A stretch of DNA of 64,000 nt, from contig JBBTWE010000001.1 of the NCBI GenBank assembly GCA_038062955.1, forward strand, positions 182,304 to 246,303. Reading direction: 5' to 3'. The position numbers and the translations under genes are program-made. The notes under the pieces are model-generated. The model was not told the origin of the DNA and ran no database searches. It saw only the letters and a program-made list of their open reading frames with translations. Position 1 is the first letter of the stretch, and each line of letters starts with the position of its first letter. This DNA comes from Patescibacteria group bacterium (lineage in GTDB: Bacteria > Patescibacteriota > Minisyncoccia > Phycocordibacterales > BOKC01). Below are positions 47,373 through 55,947 of this stretch, piece after piece.

Positions 47373-49799
47373 TTAGAGATTACCCAAAATCGTTCGCTCT
47401 TTTTCCGCAATGGAGCTCAAGGTTTTGATAACAGTGTCTGGATTCAGAGAAATGCTCACTATTCCCTCTTCCACAAGAAAATCGGCAAAATCCGGAAAAT
47501 CAGATGGAGCCTGCCCGCAGATGCCGATGTATTTATTTTTTGCTTTGGCGATTTTTATCACGTCTTTTATCATTTTTTTGACTGCTGGGTCGTTTTCGTT
47601 GGATATCTCGTCAACGATGGACGAATCTCTGTCCAAACCCAAGACTAATTGTGTCAGGTCGTTTGAGCCTATTGAGAATCCATCAAAGAGGTCAAGAAAT
47701 TCATTTGCCAGAATTACGTTCGAAGGGATTTCGCACATCAGATACACTTTCAATGTCTTATCGGCGTTTTTATCCAATCCGTAAGACGCCATGCTTTCTA
47801 AAACTTTTTTCCCTTCCTCAACTGTTCTGCAGAAAGGAATCAAAGCCACAACATTTTTAAGTCCTATCTCTTCGCGGACTTTTTTGAACGCAAGGCACTC
47901 CAATCCAAAAGCTTCTTTGAAGTCTGGATGATAGTATCTTGAAGCGCCACGCCAACCAATCATAGGGTTTTCTTCGCTTGGTTCGTACAATTCTCCGCCT
48001 AAAAGTTTGCGGTATTCATTTGTTTTAAAATCAGAGAATCTGATAATCACTTCATTCGGCCAAAAAGCGGCGGCTATTTTTGCTATACCTTCTGCCACTT
48101 CGTCTATATAAAACTTTTTTTTGTCTTCATAACCTGCCGTCAGAGAATCGATTTTTTTTGCCAGCAATCTCAAATCGGCATTCTCGCTGTTTTTATATTT
48201 TTCGTAATTTATGAGAGCGTTTGGATGCATTCGAATATGCGAAGCTATGATAAATTCGAGTCTCCCGAGACCCACACCACTAACTGGCAGAATATGATTC
48301 TTAAAAGCTTCATCTGGGGAGCCAATATTCACCATGATTTTTGTCTTTGTTTTTGGAATTTTGTCCAAATGATGTTCCAATACCTCAAAGGGCAGAGATC
48401 CTTCATAAATCAGGCCGCTCCCGCCAGATGAACAGTCGACAGTGATTATATCGCCGTCTTTAAAAGTCTTTGTTGCAATCTCTGTTCCAACTATGGCTGG
48501 GATTTCTAATTCGCGGGAAACTATGGCGGCGTGGCTTGTTCTACCTCCTTTGTCGGTAACGATGGCCGAAGCGATTTTCATTATCGGTTCCCAGTCTGGA
48601 TCTGTAATTTCAGTCACCAAAACTTCACCCTTTTTAAATTCCTCGATATTCTTTACATCTTTGATCATCCTGACTTTTCCGGTTGCTATTTTGGAACCGA
48701 CGGCGATTCCAGACAGAAGTATCTTTCCGGTTTTCTTTAATCGGTATTCTTTATAGATATTCTTATCTCGGGTTGAAATGACTGTCTCTGGTCTTGCCTG
48801 AATTATGAAAAGTTCTCCCGTCTTACCGTCTTTTGCCCATTCAATGTCCATTGGCTGGAGATGTCCATGCACTTTGGAGAAATGTTCTTCTATTTGCAAT
48901 ATCCATCCGGCGAGTTTCAAGATTTCATTGTCGGTCAAGCTGTATTTTCTTATACCAGCTTCAGGGACTTTCATGCTCTTTATACCCTTTCCGGAATATA
49001 CGAGTTTTTCGTTCTTTTTTCCCAAATTTTTGGAGATGATGGGGTTTGCGCTTTTGCCCAAAAGTGGCTTGAAGACAATAAATTCGTCAGGGATGACTTT
49101 GCCTTGCACGATAAGTTCACCCAAACCGTATATGCTGTTAATTATGATAGCGTTCTCAAAACCTGTTTCTGTGTCAATCGAAAAAGCGACCCCACTCGAA
49201 GCCAAATCGCTTCTTGCCATTTTTTGAATTCCGACCGAGAGTGAGATATCGAAGTGAGAAAATCCCTTGTCTTGCCTGTATGATATTGCTCTGTCTGTAA
49301 AAAGTGAAGCGAAGCATTTCCTGACTGCAAGGAGAATTTCATCAACGCCAAACACATTCAGATAAGTTTCTTGTTGTCCGGCAAAAGAAGCTCCTGGTAG
49401 ATCTTCGGCTGTGGCTGATGATCTTACGGCAGTATCAACATTTTTACCGTACAGTTTTTCTAAGTTTGTGTAGGCTTTCGATATTTCTTCCGCCAGATCG
49501 GGAGGAATCTTGCCTTTCAATATTAGTTTTCTTATCGCTTGGCCTTTCTTGGACAGATTTCTCATATTACTGGTATCCAGACCTTCTAAAACTTTAGCGA
49601 TTTTTTCTTTCAAACCTGATTTTTCCAGAAAATGGTTGTAGGCAAAAGAAGTGACGGCAAAACCATCCGGAACGTTTATTCCGAGCGGAACAAGATTTGC
49701 AATCATTTCTCCCAACGCTGCATTTTTACCACCAACAAGTGGCACGTCCTTGATGCCAATATCTTTAAACCAGAGAATGAAAGATTTTTCTTTATTCAT
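47373..49799 (-). CDS. ppsA: Phosphoenolpyruvate synthase (pyruvate, water dikinase)
   Basis: VGGKNA, AVRSSATAED, GGRTSHAAIVSRE and SIGSNDLTQL. Confidence 0.96.
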   Translation of the reverse strand: MNKEKSFILWFKDIGIKDVPLVGGKNAALGEMIANLVPLGINVPDGFAVTSFAYNHFLEKSGLKEKIAKVLEGLDTSNMRNLSKKGQAIRKLILKGKIPPDLAEEISKAYTNLEKLYGKNVDTAVRSSATAEDLPGASFAGQQETYLNVFGVDEILLAVRKCFASLFTDRAISYRQDKGFSHFDISLSVGIQKMARSDLASSGVAFSIDTETGFENAIIINSIYGLGELIVQGKVIPDEFIVFKPLLGKSANPIISKNLGKKNEKLVYSGKGIKSMKVPEAGIRKYSLTDNEILKLAGWILQIEEHFSKVHGHLQPMDIEWAKDGKTGELFIIQARPETVISTRDKNIYKEYRLKKTGKILLSGIAVGSKIATGKVRMIKDVKNIEEFKKGEVLVTEITDPDWEPIMKIASAIVTDKGGRTSHAAIVSRELEIPAIVGTEIATKTFKDGDIITVDCSSGGSGLIYEGSLPFEVLEHHLDKIPKTKTKIMVNIGSPDEAFKNHILPVSGVGLGRLEFIIASHIRMHPNALINYEKYKNSENADLRLLAKKIDSLTAGYEDKKKFYIDEVAEGIAKIAAAFWPNEVIIRFSDFKTNEYRKLLGGELYEPSEENPMIGWRGASRYYHPDFKEAFGLECLAFKKVREEIGLKNVVALIPFCRTVEEGKKVLESMASYGLDKNADKTLKVYLMCEIPSNVILANEFLDLFDGFSIGSNDLTQLVLGLDRDSSIVDEISNENDPAVKKMIKDVIKIAKAKNKYIGICGQAPSDFPDFADFLVEEGIVSISLNPDTVIKTLSSIAEKERTILGNL

Positions 49800-51096
49800 T
49801 TTTTTTGATGGCTAATATTAAATCTGCGACATTGGAACCGGTTAAACCAGTCCTAAAATAATCGCCAACTTTCTCGAAAAAATTGTAAGACGTGTTGCCC
49901 GCCAGAAATTCAGACGTATCCATATTAAGCTCGCGGATTCTTTTTATTGTTAGATTATCGCACAAAGCGCCGGCAAAGTCGGTGTTGTCCCAACCATCGC
50001 TATTTATGGCGGCCACCAAACAGTCATCATTTATGAAACGTGAAGCAGACAAAACCAACTCCTGATTTCTTCCACCTCTTCCAAGTTTTCTTGCAGTTAC
50101 AGTCGTCTCGCCGCCACAAATCAACACTTTGTTTATTTTAGCTTTATTTATTTCTTTAGCGATTTGCTCGCCAATTTCTCTCGCTTCTCCTTTTAGGTCA
50201 TTAGTTTTTATTTCTGAATCAAAACCAAGCTCGCTCGCTTTTTCTGCCATTTTGTTCAAAGCAGTAGTGTTAGAAAGGAAAAGAATATTTTTTACATTTT
50301 CAAAATATTTATCATCTTTGGGTGTTTCAATAAGATTATTTATGTCAAAACCGCAGGCCGTATTGGCGCTGTATTTTTCGATGACCAGTTTGGCATCCTC
50401 TATCGTGGAAGAATCTTTGATTGTTGGGCCGGAAGCCACGAACTCCATATCGCTACCGACATCGGAAAAAATCAAAGATATTGATTTAGCTGGAAAAGCA
50501 TACTTGGCCAAATACCCGCCCCTTGCCAAAGATAGATGTTTTCTGACAGTGTTTATTTCAATAATATTGGCTCCCGCGCCCATAAGACAGCTCACCATGT
50601 CTGATTCTTGAAAACAGGTAAAGTTATCTGGTTGGCAAAGCAGAGTTGAACCCCCGCCAGAAATTATAAAAATTATCAGATCGCTTTCTTCAGAATTTTC
50701 GAGTAGATCGATTATTTTTTTAGTTGAATCAACATTGTTTTCTGTTGGGAAGGGATGATCGCCTTGGCAAAATTTGATTTTCTTTGGCGTTTCATTGCAG
50801 ACTAAATCAATAACAATTCCGTCCGTCAGTTTGTCACCGAGAATATCTTCAAGAGCGAGTGCCGCTTCCAGAGAACATTTTCCCACTCCAACAACAAAAA
50901 TACGCTTGATTTTATCTAGCGCATAGGATGTTTCTTTGATAAAAAGATGGTTATTTTCGAGCTTTATTCCCTCCTTAATTGCATGCTTTGTATCTATAGC
51001 CTGGAGGCCGGCTTCCATTATTTCCACCGCCGCCTTGCGGAGTGGATTTTTAATGAGAGTATCGGAATTTTTAATCTTGGAGTCCTTATTTTTCAC
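49792..51096 (-). CDS. Glycerate 2-kinase (DUF4147/MOFRL family)
   Basis: GVGK, HPFP, ISGGGS, SGPT, GGETTV..GRGGRNQE and TGSNVAD. GTG start sits 6 nt after TATAAT; start uncertain. Confidence 0.9.
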   Translation of the reverse strand: MKNKDSKIKNSDTLIKNPLRKAAVEIMEAGLQAIDTKHAIKEGIKLENNHLFIKETSYALDKIKRIFVVGVGKCSLEAALALEDILGDKLTDGIVIDLVCNETPKKIKFCQGDHPFPTENNVDSTKKIIDLLENSEESDLIIFIISGGGSTLLCQPDNFTCFQESDMVSCLMGAGANIIEINTVRKHLSLARGGYLAKYAFPAKSISLIFSDVGSDMEFVASGPTIKDSSTIEDAKLVIEKYSANTACGFDINNLIETPKDDKYFENVKNILFLSNTTALNKMAEKASELGFDSEIKTNDLKGEAREIGEQIAKEINKAKINKVLICGGETTVTARKLGRGGRNQELVLSASRFINDDCLVAAINSDGWDNTDFAGALCDNLTIKRIRELNMDTSEFLAGNTSYNFFEKVGDYFRTGLTGSNVADLILAIKKNE

Positions 51097-51151
51097 GCAT
51101 TGATTATAATCCCTCGTAGCTACGATTTCCAATCAAAGATACGCACAGGTA

Positions 51152-51258
51152 AATCAAAATTTACAAACGCTTTCTTAAAAAACCAACATATCCCATTCTT
51201 CGTCGTGGTATGTCTGCATTAATTTATCTTCCCCTGACCATTCACAAGTCGTTTGCAT
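51152..51258 (-). pseudogene. Internally deleted remnant of tag
   Basis: Translates as MQTTCEWSGEDKLMQTYHDEEW, followed by a 29-nt block identical to tag 44741-44769. Confidence 0.85.
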
Positions 51259-51370
51259 ATCCAACAAATATATAATTATTTTTGATAAAAGAAAACACCG
51301 CTTGCTGACCTAGACTAGCTAGATTTAAGCGAAGCGGTGTTGGAGGTGAGGGGTTGCCAACTTGGTTTTT

Positions 51371-51814
51371 TCAGTCCATCTTCTTTTGTTGCCAATCGAC
51401 AACTAAGAAAACACTGACTAACGTATGGTCGGAAACCAGAATCGGAACTTCCACGATGCGAATTGAATCTCCTACTTTCCACGGAATGAATGCCGGAGAG
51501 ATGCTGGCAGGCATAGCTACAAAATTGACAAAGGCCGTAAGAGTCCCACCGGTGTGAGTTTCAAACTCCACCTGCATGAGTCCAACAAAGTCTTGCCCTT
51601 TAGGGCCATCGAGGTCGATCACCTTCACCGGCATGTGAGCAACTTTCACCCACCTTCCCGGGCCAGTAAGTCCATCCGGATGCGTAGCAATAATTGACGG
51701 CCCGATCTCAGAACTTGCGATGGCTACAGGTATCACTCCGAATAGTATGTAATAAACACCAAAACAGATGATAATGGCCATCAATGCAGCCAGAGCTTTC
51801 ACTAGAGCTTTCAT
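51371..51814 (-). CDS. Membrane-anchored or exported hypothetical protein, GC-rich unit
   Basis: 147 aa with an N-terminal TM; AAGGGAG SD, TGTTCTTTG in the leader, a TTGACT promoter and a terminator at 51292-51341. Confidence 0.75.
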   Translation of the reverse strand: MKALVKALAALMAIIICFGVYYILFGVIPVAIASSEIGPSIIATHPDGLTGPGRWVKVAHMPVKVIDLDGPKGQDFVGLMQVEFETHTGGTLTAFVNFVAMPASISPAFIPWKVGDSIRIVEVPILVSDHTLVSVFLVVDWQQKKMD

Positions 51815-51972
51815 CGTTTGTCTCCCTTCGATTTGAGTTTGCTTTAAACAAAGAACACTCGCTCTTTAAAACGTAACATACTTAATAGTTGAAAGTCAAG
51901 AGCAAGATAAATTATTTTATTTCTATACTTTTAACTATCTGATCTATAAGGTTATCAATACTAGTTGAATGT

Positions 51973-52236
51973 CTATCTTAACGATTTGTACAGGGTGCCT
52001 GTAAAAAATAGAGCTAAAATTCCGATTAGAATAAGGGAAGTTGGGTGTTCTCTAAAAAGACTTATTTGATCAGTAAAAATTTCGAATCCGTGCAAAATAG
52101 CAGCAACGCTAAAAACGGTAAGAAATAAAAACAAAAGAGGATAACGTCTCAAGACCGGTTTGGAATATTTACTAATATTGTCGTGAAGATTTTTCGTATT
52201 CTTCTCAATATTTTGAATCGGATCTTTTTCAAACAT
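51973..52236 (-). CDS. Small membrane protein
   Basis: 87 aa with two TM helices; RYP and TGTLYK. Confidence 0.75.
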   Translation of the reverse strand: MFEKDPIQNIEKNTKNLHDNISKYSKPVLRRYPLLFLFLTVFSVAAILHGFEIFTDQISLFREHPTSLILIGILALFFTGTLYKSLR

Positions 52237-52285
52237 TGTTATTCTGAAATTATATCATTGTTAATGTCCTTTATTTATTTATTTT

Positions 52286-53224
52286 TTAAATTGTATTAGG
52301 TTTAATAAAATCATCTGGTCCCAATACATCGTAACCATCTGTGGAAATTTTTTTAGGTTCTCGTTTTATTTTTTTCTGGGTCAGGATTATTTCTTCGAGA
52401 GTTTTATAAGAATCAAGATTTCTTATTACTTCGTTGCCAGTTTCTGGATCAGTTGGTCTTAGTATTTTTTTATACATTATATGAAGTAACGGTGAAGGGA
52501 TGGCATATGTTAGAGAGGTACTATTAGTGTAGGTAATAAGTTTTCCATTTTCACCTTTTCCTAATATTTTAGTTTCAGGAAAACCAGCAAAAAGAATAGC
52601 CACAATTTTTCCGTTTGTTGGATTAAATATGGGTGAGCCACTAGATCCTCCGTGAGTTACCGCCTCTACAATTATTCCATGTGGGCTCTCACACACAAAA
52701 GGAAGTATTGCACTAACAATTCCTCTCTGTAGAATGGGAGAAAATTGATGAAGCCAACCAGCGGATTTTAATGTACTAGTTCCCATTGGAAATCCTGAAA
52801 TAAATACTTCATCTCCTTCCTCTACACTCAATGCTTTATCGATTTCTACAAATGGTAGGCCCTTCGCTTTTACATAAATTGCTCCAATATCAGGTATGTC
52901 CTCACCGTAGTGGACTCCATCAATTTCTTTTTCTCTAATTGTGTTACTAACTGCCTCAACATCAACATGAATCGTTAGCATTCCTAAGTCAGGCACATTA
53001 TGAAATAAAATTACTTGTATAGGTATTGATGTGGGGTCATTTTTTCGTCTTGGGAGCAAATTAATTGCATTAATAACATGATTATTTGTCAGGATAATTC
53101 CACTTTCATCAACTATGAACCCAGTACCAATGATGTCTGGAAAATCAGGACTTTTTGAATATTTAGAGACTATAGCTACAACTGCGGGTTTTATTTTCTT
53201 GTAGATCTCTGATGGAATAGACAT
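52286..53224 (-). CDS. Trypsin-like serine protease
   Basis: GTGFIV, LTNNHV, DIG and GGSSGSPI catalytic motifs. Confidence 0.85.
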   Translation of the reverse strand: MSIPSEIYKKIKPAVVAIVSKYSKSPDFPDIIGTGFIVDESGIILTNNHVINAINLLPRRKNDPTSIPIQVILFHNVPDLGMLTIHVDVEAVSNTIREKEIDGVHYGEDIPDIGAIYVKAKGLPFVEIDKALSVEEGDEVFISGFPMGTSTLKSAGWLHQFSPILQRGIVSAILPFVCESPHGIIVEAVTHGGSSGSPIFNPTNGKIVAILFAGFPETKILGKGENGKLITYTNSTSLTYAIPSPLLHIMYKKILRPTDPETGNEVIRNLDSYKTLEEIILTQKKIKREPKKISTDGYDVLGPDDFIKPNTI

Positions 53225-53286
53225 TCTGTATGTTATTTATATACCAAAATATAACGAGAATTAATGACTACTTGTAAGTAAGTTTG

Positions 53287-53359
53287 TGGACCCTACCGGG
53301 ATCGAACCGGTCGCCTCCACATTGCAAATGTGGCGCTCTACCAGATGAGCTAAGGGCCC
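53287..53359 (-). tRNA. tRNA-Ala(UGC)
   Basis: Cloverleaf with G3:U70 and anticodon loop TTTGCAA; CCA not encoded. Confidence 0.94.
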
Positions 53360-53427
53360 GAAAATATAATGGAATTTAAGTCTGATATCTTAAATCTCAA
53401 ATCTATACTACCTTACAACAAACGGAA

Positions 53428-54423
53428 CTATTTGTTAAGCGCTAATATTATAACGTGATCAAGGAACTCTCCCAAACTTGTTCCAGCGGCTTTCAAAGAT
53501 TTTGGCAGAAGAGATTCAGTAGTAAGTCCGGGTAAAGTATTTACTTCAAGAATATATATCTCTCCGTTATCCGAGAGGATCATGTCTGTTCTAGAATAAT
53601 GTCGGAGGCCGAGTGCTTTGTGAGCCTGAAGAGCAATATCCTGTACGTTCTTCGTGATATTTGGAGGAAGCTGTGCGGGACAAATTTCCTGCGTCTTTCC
53701 ACCGTATTTTGCCTCGTAATCAAAAAATTCCGAACCGACAGGCTTTATTTCAACCGGAGGCAAAGGGAAAACAGAACCGTCATCCAAACTATCGACAACA
53801 CCGCAGGTTACTTCCCTACCCTTCACAAATTCCTCCACCAATACTTGCGAAGAATATTTAAAAGCGTATTCAATCGCTCCTTTGAATTCTTCAAAAGTGT
53901 TGGAAATCCGTACACCTAGAGACGATCCGGAAGTCGCAGGCTTTGTTACCAAAGGCTTGTTTAGGGTGTTAAATATTTCAAATATCTCCAGATAATTCGT
54001 TTTGTTTTTATTGAGTGTTGCGCCTCTTGCGGTTTTTATTCCCTCTCTTATAAAGACTTTCTTTGATAAATCCTTATTCATTGCAACCGATGAGGAAAAA
54101 GAATCGGAACCTGTGTATGGAACATTATGAGCTTCAAGAATTTTCTGCAGTTTTCCGTCTTCGCCATATTCGCCATGAAGGCCATTAAACACAACGTCTA
54201 AGTGTTTGAGAATATTTTCCGGCTCCTGAATCATTCCATCAAAGTGCCATTTTCCGTTCTCGTCAATATAAATATCGACTGGATGATATTTATTTCCCAA
54301 ATGTTCTAAAACAGTCGCACCAGTTTTTAGAGAGACATCGTGTTCTCCGGATGGCCCTCCACGCAAAACCCCCACTCTAATTTTAGAGGTTTTATTTTTT
54401 CTGTGTGCCAAATGATCTTTCAT
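53428..54423 (-). CDS. ddl: D-alanine--D-alanine ligase
   Basis: GGPSGEHDVS, LHGEYGEDG, GSSLG and LEVNTLPG. Confidence 0.95.
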   Translation of the reverse strand: MKDHLAHRKNKTSKIRVGVLRGGPSGEHDVSLKTGATVLEHLGNKYHPVDIYIDENGKWHFDGMIQEPENILKHLDVVFNGLHGEYGEDGKLQKILEAHNVPYTGSDSFSSSVAMNKDLSKKVFIREGIKTARGATLNKNKTNYLEIFEIFNTLNKPLVTKPATSGSSLGVRISNTFEEFKGAIEYAFKYSSQVLVEEFVKGREVTCGVVDSLDDGSVFPLPPVEIKPVGSEFFDYEAKYGGKTQEICPAQLPPNITKNVQDIALQAHKALGLRHYSRTDMILSDNGEIYILEVNTLPGLTTESLLPKSLKAAGTSLGEFLDHVIILALNK

Positions 54424-54593
54424 AACAAACATTATACCAAAGATAAATCATAAATCTTATATCTAAAATCTGAAATTATTGACGTGGTTGACTACACCAA
54501 AGTAATATATTAATGTCTATATCAGATTCGGACACATCGTCCGAAAGTAATCCGCGAAATTCCGCGGGCAGTTCTTTCAAAAAAGAGGGTCTC

Positions 54594-55460
54594 GTGAATA
54601 CGGAAACAAGAAAGATTGGTCTTGCCTGCTTCATCGGTGGTTTCCTCGGTTGTATCGTGGCGCTCATCTGTACACCGGCCTTCTGGTGGCTCGGTCTCAT
54701 TGCTGGGTTTGCGGGTGGCTACGTGAGCTACGAGTTCCGTTCGGTGCTTCAGGCGATTCCCAAGGCGTTTTTGCAGGTGCAGAAGGAATTCAGTCTCGAT
54801 TTCGTGAGAGCTTGTTTTCAGGGAACAAAAAAATGGTTTGCCAAGCCTCATCCGATTGTTTACTTCGGGCTGTGTTCAGGACTCTTGTGGACCATCATTG
54901 AGGTACTGTTTGATGTTAGTCCTCCAAAGAGATTGGATGGCCAATTACCCCAAATAGACGATTTCGTTGCTCTCTATCTCATCACTTTCCTTGGGTCTGG
55001 ATTCTGTTCCGGGCTTATTGGTGTTACTGTCGTGTTGATAGGAGCTCGTGATGAGATTGGTTTCGTGCCAGACGATTTTTTTGGTGGGTATAGAGAAGCT
55101 CTCAACCACGCCACTGTCGGAGTCGGTCGAGTTCTGAAGTTCGTCTTCTGGACAGCCAGCGTGAAGATCGTTCTGTGGACCATACCGAAGTGGGTATTTC
55201 TAGTGATCTTTGTCTTGGGAGCATGGTGCTGGGAACTCTTCAAGATCATCCACTCGGACAAGCGTCTGCTCTGTGGAGTAGACAGCGCAATTGGTGTGGC
55301 AACAGGCTACATCTTGGCCTTGGGGCAATCCGCTTCATTGGTTGAGTCCTTGTTCTTCTCCACTTATGCCGGACTCATTGGAGCGGTACTCGGGATTCTC
55401 AACTGGGAGCTCGTTTCCAAGCGATGGCTCAAGGTACCCGTGAAGGTAAGAGCGGATTAG
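54594..55460 (+). CDS. Multi-pass membrane hypothetical protein, GC-rich unit
   Basis: GTG start after GTTCTTTCAAAA and a GAGG SD; TTGACT promoter; ATCGGCGGTC/GACCGCCGAT terminator. Confidence 0.75.
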   Translation: MNTETRKIGLACFIGGFLGCIVALICTPAFWWLGLIAGFAGGYVSYEFRSVLQAIPKAFLQVQKEFSLDFVRACFQGTKKWFAKPHPIVYFGLCSGLLWTIIEVLFDVSPPKRLDGQLPQIDDFVALYLITFLGSGFCSGLIGVTVVLIGARDEIGFVPDDFFGGYREALNHATVGVGRVLKFVFWTASVKIVLWTIPKWVFLVIFVLGAWCWELFKIIHSDKRLLCGVDSAIGVATGYILALGQSASLVESLFFSTYAGLIGAVLGILNWELVSKRWLKVPVKVRAD

Positions 55461-55549
55461 TATCGTCACATCGGCGGTCTTGTAGACAGAAATGTCTCGA
55501 CCGCCGATTTTTTATTATACAGATATAGGAATAGGAGTTTTTAAACAAT

Positions 55550-55852
55550 TTATCTATATTCCAGTTTTTTGCAAAATACTAGAATATCTTGAGCAAGAGG
55601 AGTAAGTTTGTGTCGAACATTAACACCGTCACTTCTTTTTAAAATGAGATCCGCAATAAATAATTTTCGAATGTGGTCAGAAGTATTTGTATAACCGCAT
55701 TTAATTCTCTCTGAAATTTCGTCTACTGAAAGTTCTGGTTCTTCCTTAAGTAATTCTAGTATTTGAATCCTTCTTTTATTAGCAAATCCTTTTATGATTA
55801 TCTCTAATCTTTTGTATGATCTCGCATGAGTTTCTTTTTGTGCGACTTTCAT
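55550..55852 (-). CDS. ArsR/SmtB-like winged-helix regulator
   Basis: FANKRRIQILELL, LSVDEI and SDHIRKL. Confidence 0.85.
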   Translation of the reverse strand: MKVAQKETHARSYKRLEIIIKGFANKRRIQILELLKEEPELSVDEISERIKCGYTNTSDHIRKLFIADLILKRSDGVNVRHKLTPLAQDILVFCKKLEYR

Positions 55853-55865
55853 AGAATATTAATTA

Positions 55866-55905
55866 TACTCTATTCCGATATTTTGCAAAATTACGGAATA
55901 GAGTA
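55866..55905. promoter_or_regulatory. Palindromic operator-like site upstream of the ArsR gene
   Basis: TACTCTATTCCG-16 nt-CGGAATAGAGTA, overlapping the promoter. Confidence 0.6.
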
Positions 55906-55947
55906 AATAAGATAGAAATTTATACTAGAACTCGATTCATACCGGTA

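Noticed and set aside
52286-53287. Protease gene as cargo of an island integrated at tRNA-Ala(UGC)
   Set aside because: No displaced copy of this tRNA's 3' end and no integrase were found, so island boundaries cannot be supported.
2716-55513. GC-rich units as integron gene cassettes (attC/CALIN)
   Set aside because: There is no intI, the units carry their own promoters, face both directions and are dispersed. One GCCCAAC (RYYYAAC) follows the 13871 ORF, but there is no matching GTTRRRY across the hairpin.
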